Assembly (NCBI GenBank): GCA_020061305.1
Contig: JAGUYM010000014.1
Coordinates: 49,372 to 113,371 of the forward strand
Reading direction: 5' to 3'
Length of the DNA stretch: 64,000 nt
From: Candidatus Woesebacteria bacterium
GTDB lineage: Bacteria > Patescibacteriota > Microgenomatia > UBA8517
Below the pieces are notes generated by a model. The model searched no databases and was not told where the DNA came from. It worked only from the letters and a program-made list of their open reading frames with translations. The translations under genes were made by a program, and so were the position numbers. Shown here one piece after another: positions 1-8,635 of the stretch (the first letter of the stretch is position 1; each line of letters starts with the position of its first letter).

Positions 1-1106
1 GGAGTACATTTACATTCCCTCTTAAGATCACCTAAATATCCACAAGGACAAGGATTGGCAGCGGCAATTAGCATAAAACTAGCAGGGAAATTAACACTTC
101 CTGCGATTCTTGTAATTGATACTTTTCTATCTTCCAAAGGTTGCCTCAAAGCTTCAAGTGTGCCTCTTGAGAACTCAGGGAATTCATCCAAAAACAAAAC
201 TCCATTATGTGCAAGTGAAATTTCCCCTGGATGTGGGTTAGTCCCCCCACCAATTAATCCAATTAAACTGGTTGTGTGGTGAGCTGTTCTAAACGGTCTA
301 GTCCTGACCAACCCTTCTCCCGCAGGTATAAGTCCTGACACAGAATAAATTTTAGTAACTTCCAATGCCTCTTCTTCATTTAATGGCGGTAAAATTCCTG
401 CTGTTGCACGAGCCAACATTGTTTTACCAGCTCCAGGGGTTCCAACAAGAAAGATGTTGTGTCCACCTGCTGCAGCTATTGTCATTGCCCTTTTTGCAGA
501 TTCCTGTCCAATTATCTCAGCAAAATCAAACTCAACAACTTCGTGATCAGTGTATCGTGAACTGTGAATTGTGTGTTTTAATTTTTCAATCTTTTTAATC
601 CCATTTAAATGTGCAATTAATTCTGAGAGAGATTTAACAGGATAAACATCAATTCCAGACAAAACTGAGGCCTCATTGGCAGATTCACCGGGAACAAAAA
701 CACTTTTAATTCCTTTTTGTTTAGCAGCCAAACCTAAAAGAAAAACTCCCTTTGTGTGTCTTAAATTTCCATCAAGAGAAAGTTCACCATAAAAAAATGA
801 TTTCTCGATGGGTAACTTAACTAGCCCCATTGAAGCTAAAATTCCAATTGCAATTGGGAGATCATACAAAGAACCTTCTTTGGGAATATCAGCCGGAGCA
901 AGATTAACTACAATTTTTTGATTTGGAAATTCTATGTCAGAATTTAGAATTGCAGTTTTTACTCTTTCTTTTGCTTCCTCAATCGATTTATTGGGTAGGC
1001 CAATTATATTAAATCCAGGGAAACCTTTACTGAAAACATTTACCTCAACTTCTATAAGATTAGGCTCTAAACCAAAATGACTTGCAGAAAGAATTTTGGA
1101 TAACAC
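1..1106 (-). CDS. comM: Mg-chelatase-like AAA+ protein ComM/YifB, C-terminally truncated by the window edge
   Basis: Manual translation of the minus strand from a GTG at 1106 gives [25 protein letters not shown]...GFNIIGLP, a Walker A GTPGAGKT, and the conserved LFLDEFPEF and C-x-C-G zinc motifs. It is absent from the ORF track only because it runs off position 1. Confidence 0.8.
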   Translation of the reverse strand, partial: MLSKILSASHFGLEPNLIEVEVNVFSKGFPGFNIIGLPNKSIEEAKERVKTAILNSDIEFPNQKIVVNLAPADIPKEGSLYDLPIAIGILASMGLVKLPIEKSFFYGELSLDGNLRHTKGVFLLGLAAKQKGIKSVFVPGESANEASVLSGIDVYPVKSLSELIAHLNGIKKIEKLKHTIHSSRYTDHEVVEFDFAEIIGQESAKRAMTIAAAGGHNIFLVGTPGAGKTMLARATAGILPPLNEEEALEVTKIYSVSGLIPAGEGLVRTRPFRTAHHTTSLIGLIGGGTNPHPGEISLAHNGVLFLDEFPEFSRGTLEALRQPLEDRKVSITRIAGSVNFPASFMLIAAANPCPCGYLGDLKRECKCT

Positions 1107-1259
1107 TTTAAAAAAGTATGATACAAATAGATTTTAATTACAATTCTTAAAAGTTCCTAATGCACCAGGAACTAGGGACCTTTCGTGACTAAAATATTAA
1201 GAAAAGCAAGTTTGTACAAGCAAAATATATAGACTAGTGGTTGTATGATGCTTTAAAGG

Positions 1260-1413
1260 ATCGTCTTCTCGAAAGGAATTTATAAATTATGTAAGAATTG
1301 CATTTAAAAGTGCAAAAGAAACTGAATATTGGCTAAAGTTGTTTAAAGAATCAATAGAAATTACTAAAATTTTAAACTCAAGCACCCTTACATTAAAGAG
1401 TAAAATATAGTAA
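1260..1413 (+). pseudogene. C-terminal remnant of a four-helix-bundle (Avd-like / 23S-IVS protein family) gene
   Basis: One frame translates to ...GSSSRKEFINYVRIAFKSAKETEYWLKLFKESIEITKILN. This matches the family C-terminal pattern (KEFinfl.IA.gS..ElEyqL..a) but there is no N-terminal half and no start codon. Confidence 0.4.
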
Positions 1414-1422
1414 AATTATTTT

Positions 1423-3132
1423 ATGCCAAAGAAAATTGCTCTAATTCTTCTTTCTTCACTCTTATTTATTAATTCGCTCATCATGCCTTTTGCAGTTGTC
1501 AAGGCAGCAGACGAAGAACCTTCTACTTGGTACAATCAAGGTTTTACTGATTGGTATGCAAAAGTATACGGAGATGAGTCCCCACCATCAGAAATTTTTG
1601 GAGAGCGCTACACAGCAGCCCAAGTTCAATGGATTATATATTCACTTTTTGCATTTCCGATAAATTTTCTAGGAAGTAAAATGCAAACAGTCACAGCTTG
1701 TTTATACAGTGTATCAAACCCAATTATAAATATAAATGATCTGTCGTGTGCACAAGACATTGCTTCGCTGCTAACGGATGCATTTAAGTTGATGAACATG
1801 TCTGGAATTATAACCGTTGGACAAGGCCCTACATCTTTCACCGAAGCTATTGTCTACGACTTTCAAAACAGACAATTATCTGGAATAAAATATACACAAA
1901 ACATAGTATCAAGATTTGGTCTAGTATCAGTTGCGAAAGCACAAGGTTTTGGGTATGGCGCAGTTGACGGATTACAAAAATACTGGCAGGGCTTTCGAGA
2001 TATGGCATATGCCTTATCCGTATTGGTCGTAATTGTTTTTTCCTTCATGATTATGTTCAGAGTTAAATTGTCACCACAACTAGTTATTTCCGTCCAATCT
2101 GCTTTACCAAAAATTGTTGGGGCCTTAGTGTTAGCCACCTTTTCGTATGCAATTGCAGGTTTTGTGATAGATTTTTCATACGTGGTCGGTGGATTGTTTG
2201 CATCGTTGATGTCACTTGCTGGATTTGTCAGCACAAACGGACAACAAGGAACAGCATTCCAAATTGCTTTCAACCAAATAATGCCAATTCAAGGAACCCA
2301 AGCTACTGGTGGATTTTATATCTTATTTTGGATGTTTGGATACACATTAGCATTTTTCCTTACGGCAGTTGTGGCGTTACTATCAACAGTTGTTGGGTTG
2401 TCAGTTTATGGCTTTGTTGTAGGTCTAGTTATGGTTTTGTTGTCTGTATGGATACTAATACTCATGGTTTGGTATATGATTAAAGTGCCTTGGGTTTTAC
2501 TTAAAAATTTAGTTAGTTTGTTTGTATCGATAGTCGTAGCTCCAGTTCAAATTGTTGCTGGGGCGCTTATTCCTTCAATTGGTTTTAGTGTCTGGATTAG
2601 AAAGATAATTGCAGAAGCATTAGTTTTTCCATTAACAGGTCTTTTTATGTTTTTAGCTGGTGCAACACTGCAAGCATCAATGGGAGCAAGTGGAGGTCAA
2701 ATGTTACAAGGGCTTGCTTCTATAATAGGAATACAAGTACCGCAAACAAGCTTATGGGCCCCTCCAATTTTGGGTTCAAGTGCAGATATGGCAGGGATAA
2801 TTTGGCTATCTGTAAGTTTTGTTTTCATTACAATGATACCTAAGGCAGTTGATATCATGAAGATGCTTGTCATGGGTGCTAAATTTGACTATGGTAGTGC
2901 AATAGGTGAAGCAGCTGGTGCATTTGGTATATTACCAACAGCGCAAAAGGCTGTTCAAGGTACATTTAGTGATATCGGACAAACTTGGGGGACTCAACAG
3001 ACTGTTCCATTTATAAAAAGTTTGTTTCAAAGAAGAGATCGTTATGGAATGTCAAGTGTAGATTATGATGAAAGGTTCAGACAACTTAACCCAGATCTTC
3101 AAGCTTCGGCTGGACCAAGAAACAAAAAATAG
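1423..3132 (+). CDS. polytopic membrane protein with cleavable signal peptide, first gene of the T4SS-like locus; candidate VirB6/TrbL-like channel component by context only
   Basis: 569 aa. The N-terminus is MPKKIALILLSSLLFINSLIMPFAVVKAADEE (signal peptide plus AxA site), followed by more than 10 hydrophobic helices, many glycine-rich. Confidence 0.5.
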   Translation: MPKKIALILLSSLLFINSLIMPFAVVKAADEEPSTWYNQGFTDWYAKVYGDESPPSEIFGERYTAAQVQWIIYSLFAFPINFLGSKMQTVTACLYSVSNPIININDLSCAQDIASLLTDAFKLMNMSGIITVGQGPTSFTEAIVYDFQNRQLSGIKYTQNIVSRFGLVSVAKAQGFGYGAVDGLQKYWQGFRDMAYALSVLVVIVFSFMIMFRVKLSPQLVISVQSALPKIVGALVLATFSYAIAGFVIDFSYVVGGLFASLMSLAGFVSTNGQQGTAFQIAFNQIMPIQGTQATGGFYILFWMFGYTLAFFLTAVVALLSTVVGLSVYGFVVGLVMVLLSVWILILMVWYMIKVPWVLLKNLVSLFVSIVVAPVQIVAGALIPSIGFSVWIRKIIAEALVFPLTGLFMFLAGATLQASMGASGGQMLQGLASIIGIQVPQTSLWAPPILGSSADMAGIIWLSVSFVFITMIPKAVDIMKMLVMGAKFDYGSAIGEAAGAFGILPTAQKAVQGTFSDIGQTWGTQQTVPFIKSLFQRRDRYGMSSVDYDERFRQLNPDLQASAGPRNKK

Positions 3133-3155
3133 CGAATACCACTCATCCTTTATCC

Positions 3156-4736
3156 CTAGACAACTCCTCTCTTTGACAACTGTCTATAAACACCCATCCA
3201 TGACATATCATTGGCAAAATTAATGTTATACCATTTTTCAACTACTTCTTTGATCCATTTCACTGACTCTTTACTAAGATAAGCATTCACCTCTCCTTTG
3301 CTAGTTGGAATTTTTCTCATCAAGGTGTCAAATAATCCATTCACCACAATATTGTCCCACCCTTGCATTGCTGCCTCAGTTGAATTTTCCACTATTGACC
3401 CAACCATCCCAATGACAAATTCATTTCGTAAATGTAAAACCTCTTCTGGATCAGAAGTATCAGATGGAGCTATCCACCCTTCAATCGCGTCTGATGTTAA
3501 ATCTTTGGGTGACCATGTTGTTTGTAAGCACATAGATTTAAAGGTCAATATTCGAGGAACCATAATTCCTAACCATCCAGCATAGTCGCCAGGTTTAATT
3601 GCGTCGAAATTCATTTTGTTAAAGTCAATTGTTTCATAATTATTGTCTTGGTCGATAGCGCTTCTTGTTCGCATACCTCGAATTCGTGTCAATGGATCAC
3701 CAATCTCAGCCAAATATGCGGGGTGCATTCTAGGAATATCTAAAAACAACATTTTATTAAATTCCCTAGGTTTTCCATCATTCCCAATCAACATCTCCCC
3801 CGCCTTATTCGGGTCCGGCAATTGAATTTTTTCTTGTATTTGCGCACTCCTAAAATAAGATGATCCAAATCCTTTTATCCTTTTAATTGTGATCATGGGG
3901 CCTCTATCTCTGGCAGCATTTAAACGACCTTCCCTGTATTTTTGAAAATAAATAGCCTCAGCCAATGGGTCTGATCCTTGTAGATCAGTATTCCAAACAG
4001 CTGTTTCGAGTGTTGCTTTAGCTATACGATAAGCAAGCTGCAATGACTTTTTGGCTTCCTTATTTCTTCCCAACCTATCTTCTAGAATTTTCATAATTGC
4101 TTCCATCTCACCCTGCTCAATGTCTTTACTACTCAATCTAACTGTTCTTCCGTTAATTTCCACTCCCTCAATATGTGCAGCTTGCAATAAATCAAAAGCT
4201 TTTGAAACATTAAGACCGGGTAATTCTTTTAAAATTGTAAAATCGACACCTTCTAGTGTCCATTTTTTCGATTCAGCTTGTTGGAAAGACTGTAACAAAA
4301 ACGGTGCTGCATCCTTTGCGCTTCCAGGTATCGCGGAAGCTACCGCATAACAATGTTGGAGTCTTAGTCTTGCAACAGCTTGTCGTTTGACCAGTGGGGC
4401 ACAATTTTCATTAGAAAGTAATTCGTTTAACACCCTCATTGTTCCCTCATTCGTAGTAGAATATAATCCAGGAGTTGGTACTATCTGGTTGTCATTTGCC
4501 TCAATTTTTTCAACCAACTTTATGATTAAATTGCGTTGCTCATCTTCTGATCTTGGTAATTTTATTGATTCATTTGCTTCCGCAATTTTCTCAGATGATT
4601 CTGCAATTCTCGACAGATAATCTTCAATCACGGGCTTCCTAGGAACAGGCGCGGATTCACCTCTTTGAGCTTTCTTTCTTAATTCGCTAATTCCCCACTG
4701 TTTGCTAGCTATGATTACAGTTTCACCTTCTGCCAT
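3156..4736 (-). CDS. hypothetical soluble protein (526 aa) in the accessory locus
   Basis: Long ORF with no nucleotide-binding or relaxase motif recognised. A GTAC-heptamer module lies in its upstream region (4765-4818). Confidence 0.55.
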   Translation of the reverse strand: MAEGETVIIASKQWGISELRKKAQRGESAPVPRKPVIEDYLSRIAESSEKIAEANESIKLPRSEDEQRNLIIKLVEKIEANDNQIVPTPGLYSTTNEGTMRVLNELLSNENCAPLVKRQAVARLRLQHCYAVASAIPGSAKDAAPFLLQSFQQAESKKWTLEGVDFTILKELPGLNVSKAFDLLQAAHIEGVEINGRTVRLSSKDIEQGEMEAIMKILEDRLGRNKEAKKSLQLAYRIAKATLETAVWNTDLQGSDPLAEAIYFQKYREGRLNAARDRGPMITIKRIKGFGSSYFRSAQIQEKIQLPDPNKAGEMLIGNDGKPREFNKMLFLDIPRMHPAYLAEIGDPLTRIRGMRTRSAIDQDNNYETIDFNKMNFDAIKPGDYAGWLGIMVPRILTFKSMCLQTTWSPKDLTSDAIEGWIAPSDTSDPEEVLHLRNEFVIGMVGSIVENSTEAAMQGWDNIVVNGLFDTLMRKIPTSKGEVNAYLSKESVKWIKEVVEKWYNINFANDMSWMGVYRQLSKRGVV

Positions 4737-4764
4737 AGCAATATTTTACCATTTTTATTCCCAC

Positions 4765-4818
4765 TTATTCCACTTTGTGAAAAGAGGCAGTACAGAGTAC
4801 ACAGTACTAAGTACAAAG
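4765..4818. repeat. dispersed promoter-proximal module copy A: TTATTCCACTTTGTGAAAAG followed by a GTAC-heptamer array
   Basis: Copy A is near-identical to copies at 5338-5384 and 6210-6282. All three sit 20-60 nt upstream of minus-strand gene starts. Confidence 0.7.
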
Positions 4819-5337
4819 AAAGAACAAAAAGAAGAAAACTTCGTAGAAATAGCTAATGAAATTAGTATTAAGTCAATTTGTAGAAAAAACAACGAGTAAG
4901 CAAGACAGGCAACGTCTATTAATTTTTAGAAAGGTTTTTTGTAACAAAATAATATACTCCCAAGAAGAAGGCTATTGACAGTATTGCCCAAAAATAAAGT
5001 GTGTTCATTTTTTAATTTTCTTTACAATAAAGTATACCATAATCAGTAAAATCGCACTTGCAAAACTAGCAATTGTGTTAAACCTTATAATATCATTAAA
5101 TTCAATCATTTTTTATTTCCCTGTTCAATAATTATAACACCAGCACTCAAAAACAGACCGCTGAATAGTGTTCCCTAAAATAACGAGAATAAAATATCTT
5201 TTGGATTTCGAATATTTCCCAACAGAATACTTATTACGCCTGAAGCAAACCACGCAACTCCGATGTTGGATAAAAATTCAGCAATCAACTGAAGTTTTTG
5301 TGATGACTTATCCATCATATTAAAATTGTAGCATAAT

Positions 5338-5384
5338 TTATTCCACTTTGTGAAAAAGGACAGTATAGAGTACATAGTACATAA
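5338..5384. repeat. dispersed promoter-proximal module copy B
   Basis: Sequence TTATTCCACTTTGTGAAAAAGGACAGTATAGAGTACATAGTACATAAG. The first 20 nt are almost identical to copy A. Confidence 0.7.
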
Positions 5385-5481
5385 GAGACTTGACTACGTT
5401 AAAGCAAAGCTTACCACTTCGTGGTAGTACAAAGTTCACAGAAAAAAATAGGGCCAGAACTAGGCTGTTTAAAGTCCTTAA

Positions 5482-5808
5482 TTAAGAGTACGATAAAAAT
5501 CTAATATCTAATTTACTATCTAATGCTTCTGCAAGTTTTTGAAGGAAATTTACAGTTGGACTTATATTCCCTTTTTCTAATCTAGAAATTGCAGATTGAG
5601 TTGTACCAAGTTTTTTTGCAAGTTCCTTTTGGGAAAGATCTTTTTTTCTTCTGATATCAATCATTGCCTGAATCATTGCAAATTCTGGCTGTTGTCTGTC
5701 CCACTCGGCCTTAAACTCTGGATCTTTTAGCTGTTTGTTTAAAAAAACATTAAAATCTAGATGATTTCTCTTTTCTGGTGGAATATTTAAAACTTTTTTG
5801 TTTGTCAT
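5482..5808 (-). CDS. higA: XRE-family HTH antitoxin (HigA-like)
   Basis: The HTH is QKELAKKLGTTQSAISRLEKGNISPTVNFLQKLAEAL. It lies immediately downstream of a Gp49/HigB-family toxin gene, in the toxin-first order typical of higBA. Confidence 0.75.
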   Translation of the reverse strand: MTNKKVLNIPPEKRNHLDFNVFLNKQLKDPEFKAEWDRQQPEFAMIQAMIDIRRKKDLSQKELAKKLGTTQSAISRLEKGNISPTVNFLQKLAEALDSKLDIRFLSYS

Positions 5809-5820
5809 ATACCGTATATG

Positions 5821-6183
5821 CTATATTATACTGTTCATTCTGTCAATCGCTATTTTTAGTTCTTTGGTTGGAGTTTTTTGAGTTTTCTTCTTAAAGATGT
5901 GGAGAATGTAATATTCGTTATTAAAGATTGTGTAAAAAGCTCTGATATTTAATTTACTTTTGATTCGTAGTTCGTATAAATTGCTCTGCAATTTTTTGAT
6001 TTGTGGGGGTTTTAAAAACGGACCGTTGTTTTGAAGGAGCGAGAAATAACTAAATACTTTTGTTGAAATTTCGTTATCTTGATCAGTGAGAAAATCGTTA
6101 ACAGGATAATCCCCTCGTTTAGTCTGATAAAATTTAACAACCCACGTTTTCTGAATTGCAATAGAGCTGTCATTGGTTGACAT
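5821..6183 (-). CDS. higB: HigB/Gp49-family (RelE-superfamily) addiction-module toxin
   Basis: The C-terminus, LYELRIKSKLNIRAFYTIFNNEYYILHIFKKKTQKTPTKELKIAIDRMNS, matches the Gp49 signature (lyELRi...yRi.Yf...i.lLhgFkKKtqktP..ei..A). The start is placed at the internal ATG (6183) because the longer ORF runs through the GTAC repeat array. Confidence 0.75.
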   Translation of the reverse strand: MSTNDSSIAIQKTWVVKFYQTKRGDYPVNDFLTDQDNEISTKVFSYFSLLQNNGPFLKPPQIKKLQSNLYELRIKSKLNIRAFYTIFNNEYYILHIFKKKTQKTPTKELKIAIDRMNSII

Positions 6184-6209
6184 AATATAAATATATACCA
6201 AAACTATAT

Positions 6210-6282
6210 TTTGTGAAAATGTTGGTGTAGTTGCACCATGAACAGTACAGAGTACACAGTACTTAGTACAAAGAAAGTACTG
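6210..6282. repeat. dispersed promoter-proximal module copy C (TTTGTGAAAA + CAGTACAGAGTACACAGTACTTAGTACAAAG)
   Basis: Shares the GTAC array of copy A almost base for base and lies directly upstream of higB. Confidence 0.7.
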
Positions 6283-6316
6283 TGAAACAACAAGCAAGTT
6301 GCAACAAAAGCTTCAC

Positions 6317-6382
6317 ATAGTACGATAAAGTAGTACCTAGTACAAAGTACGCAGTACAGAGTACAAAGTACGCAGTACAGAG
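6317..6382. repeat. GTAC-heptamer array D (AGTACNA units, about 9 copies) in the divergent higB / 6401 intergenic region
   Basis: Sequence CATAGTACGATAAAGTAGTACCTAGTACAAAGTACGCAGTACAGAGTACAAAGTACGCAGTACAGAG. Confidence 0.7.
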
Positions 6383-6400
6383 AATAGACAAACGCAAAAC

Positions 6401-6780
6401 ATGGTTAATAGCTATAAAGATTTGATTGTTTTTCAGAAATCTAAAACTCTAACTATTGACGTAATCAAGTATTTTAAGAAAAACAAAACAGACAGATCAA
6501 ATGATTTTTTACTTAACCAAGTTTTTAGATCTGTAAGTTCAGTTGGAGCTAATTTAGCTGAAGGTTTTGGAAGAAATTACAGTCAAAATTTTAAGCAATT
6601 TGTTGGAATTGCCAGAGGTTCATCTTTCGAGACTGAATATTGCTTGAAATGTTATTAGAATTAAACGATTTTGACTCAAAAATAATTAAGGAATTTATAG
6701 AAAAAAATATAGAAATAAATAAAATGTTAACAGGATTAATGAAAAATATGAAAGGAGAATCGACTAAGTACTAAGTACTC
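6401..6780 (+). pseudogene. frameshifted four-helix-bundle protein (Avd-like / 23S rRNA intervening-sequence protein family, PF05635-like)
   Basis: Frame 1 gives ...NQVFRSVSSVGANLAEGFGRNYSQNFKQFVGIARGSSFETEYCLKCY*. The expected continuation, LEMLLELNDFDSKIIKEFIEKNIEINKMLTGLMKNMKG, is in the -1/+2 frame from about 6648. This is a single-nucleotide indel or sequencing error. Confidence 0.55.
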
Positions 6781-6794
6781 TGTACTATGTACTG
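6764..6794. repeat. GTAC-heptamer array E immediately upstream of the 6807 gene
   Basis: Sequence CTAAGTACTAAGTACTCTGTACTATGTACTG, in the same orientation relative to the downstream gene as in copies A-C and as upstream of dnaA. Confidence 0.7.
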
Positions 6795-6806
6795 CGTCTT
6801 CGGCGT

Positions 6807-7808
6807 ATGGAACAACATCCAATACCACAGCAGATAAGCTCATATCAATTTAAATTGGTGGGGGACATGACTTTAAAACAATTTTTTCAAGTTGCAGGAG
6901 GCGCTTTGATTGGTTTATTGTTTTATTCAACCAACCTACATCCAGTTATTAAATGGCCAATAATTCTTCTTTCAACTGGTATTGGTGCCGCTATGGCCTT
7001 TTTACCGTTTCAAGAAAGACCTTTAGAAAAATGGATAATAGCATTTTTTAGAAGTATCTACTCTCCCACGCTTTTTACATGGCAAAAAACCGAGAAGCCC
7101 CCTGTCTTTTTTACTGAAACTGCGACCGCCCCAGAAATAACTAATGTGGGCTCACTTAATCAAAAATCAGCCCTTTCTCCTCTGGAGTTGGCCGAACAGA
7201 CCTTTTTAGGTAAAATTACCAGCCTTTGGGGGACTCAACAACCAATAAACAATGGTCAACAGACAACAGTCCAAAGTCAACAGTCGCAAGTCATAAGTCC
7301 ACAGTCAGCAGTCAATAGTCCACAGTCAGTAGTCAATAGTCAACCAGCAGTAAGTGTTCAGGTTCCCTCCCAAATCCCAACTATAATTACTAAATCTGCT
7401 CCGAAACTTGTCGTTGAGGAAACTTTGCCACAAGTCCACAGTCCACAGTCCACAGTCCACAGTCTTGATGCAGTAAATATTCAGCAAAAAACTATCACTT
7501 CCAATGAAGCTGAATTTTCCCCTGATGCAGCTCCCCCATACCCACCAACCATTCCTAACACCATTGCAGGACAAGTAATGGATTCGCAAAAAAAGATCAT
7601 TGAAGGAGCCATTATGGAGATAAAAGACGGAACAGGTAGGCCTGTTAGGGCCTTAAAAAGCAACAAAGCGGGTCATTTCATAATTGTTACTCCACTCGCA
7701 AATGGTAAATATGAAATAATTACTGAAAAGGACGGATACACATTTGATCCAGTTTCATTTGAAGCTAAAGGGGAGCTAATTAAACCAATAGCTATCCGTG
7801 CTAAATAG
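6807..7808 (+). CDS. 2-TM membrane protein with PrgI/VirB3-like N-terminus, a Q/S/P/V-rich heptad-repeat linker and a C-terminal beta-rich domain
   Basis: The N-terminus has two hydrophobic helices (FFQVAGGALIGLLFYS.. and ILLSTGIGAAMAFLPF) followed by ERPLEKWIIAFF, and the gene lies directly upstream of VirB4, as PrgI/VirB3-family proteins do. The middle is encoded by CAGTCAA and CAGTCCA heptamer repeats. The C-terminus is GRPVRALKSNKAGHFIIVTPLANGKYEIITEKDGYTFDPVSF. Confidence 0.45.
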   Translation: MEQHPIPQQISSYQFKLVGDMTLKQFFQVAGGALIGLLFYSTNLHPVIKWPIILLSTGIGAAMAFLPFQERPLEKWIIAFFRSIYSPTLFTWQKTEKPPVFFTETATAPEITNVGSLNQKSALSPLELAEQTFLGKITSLWGTQQPINNGQQTTVQSQQSQVISPQSAVNSPQSVVNSQPAVSVQVPSQIPTIITKSAPKLVVEETLPQVHSPQSTVHSLDAVNIQQKTITSNEAEFSPDAAPPYPPTIPNTIAGQVMDSQKKIIEGAIMEIKDGTGRPVRALKSNKAGHFIIVTPLANGKYEIITEKDGYTFDPVSFEAKGELIKPIAIRAK

Positions 7809-7825
7809 CTCGGCAACTAATAATT

Positions 7826-8635
7826 ATGAACAAAGAATTAAAAATTAAAAACATGAACAACACAACAACACAAGGACAAAACACAACTCGTAACCCTAAC
7901 TCGCAGGCAGATGGCCAGTCACACACAACTGACAAGCCGATTATAGTTCCTGAGGTTAAAAATGAGAAATTGAGAAAGTTTATAACTAAAGTCCCATATT
8001 TTGGAACTCCTGACATGCCACTTACTTCAACTACTCAGGATTTTATTCCAATTGCTGATATTGCGAATGATATTGTTTTATTTAAAGATGGGGGAGCAGC
8101 TATTGTAATGGAATCTTCTTCACTTAATTTTGGGCTTTTATCAGAAAGGGAGCAAGCCGCGGTTGTTGCGGCTTTTGCAGCCCTTATAAATTCACTTTCG
8201 TTTTCGGTGCAAATCATGATCAGAACCCAAAGAAAAGATATTTCCGGTTATATCAAATATTTTGATGAAAAAAGCAAAAATATAACAAACCCAAAACTAG
8301 CTGCAATAACTGCGGACTACAGAGCGTTTATAACTGAGTCAATTAAGAAAAAAACAGTTTTAGGTAAAAGATTCTTTGTGATTATACCTTTTAATTCATT
8401 GGAATTGGGGGTCACCAAGTCCGCACAGAGCATACTTAGAAAAGGCCCTCTTCCATTCTCAAAAGATTATGTTCTAAAAAAGGCGAGGGTTGCACTTTTT
8501 CCAAAAAAAGATCATTTAATAAGACAGGCGGGCAGACTTGGATTAAAATTAAAGCAGCTCAAGACAAATGATTTGATAGATTTGTATTATTGGATTAACA
8601 ATCCTGAGCCGCCAGCGGTGAAGAAAGATATATAG
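7826..8635 (+). CDS. virB4: VirB4/TraC/CagE family, N-terminal domain only (upstream half of a split VirB4)
   Basis: The segment FIPIADIANDIVLFKDGGAAIVMESSSLNFGLLSEREQAAVVAAFAALINSLSFSVQIMIRTQRKDISGYIKY matches the conserved VirB4 N-terminal block. The ORF stops at TAG, overlapping the GTG that opens the next ORF (ATATAGTGATT). Confidence 0.65.
   Translation: MNKELKIKNMNNTTTQGQNTTRNPNSQADGQSHTTDKPIIVPEVKNEKLRKFITKVPYFGTPDMPLTSTTQDFIPIADIANDIVLFKDGGAAIVMESSSLNFGLLSEREQAAVVAAFAALINSLSFSVQIMIRTQRKDISGYIKYFDEKSKNITNPKLAAITADYRAFITESIKKKTVLGKRFFVIIPFNSLELGVTKSAQSILRKGPLPFSKDYVLKKARVALFPKKDHLIRQAGRLGLKLKQLKTNDLIDLYYWINNPEPPAVKKDI

Noticed and set aside
55-598. Plus-strand ORFs 55..282 and 365..598, and similar short ORFs embedded antisense in long genes (e.g. 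1626..2273, 3298..4620, 9102..9413, 10657..11160, 16255..16889, 25149..26387, 34404..35303, 52179..52523, 53881..54186).
   Set aside because: They lie entirely within, and antisense to, well-supported conserved genes (comM, dnaA, valS, groEL, VirB4 and others). They are low-complexity shadow ORFs with no motifs.
4788-6794. Heptamer arrays considered as a CRISPR array or remnant.
   Set aside because: The units are 7 bp and directly abutting, with no 20-40 bp spacers. There is no leader or repeat length typical of CRISPR, and no cas genes in the window.
6401-7808. Active diversity-generating retroelement.
   Set aside because: Avd-like genes are present but decayed. No reverse transcriptase ORF and no template/variable repeat pair was seen, so this is kept only as a low-interest remnant hypothesis.
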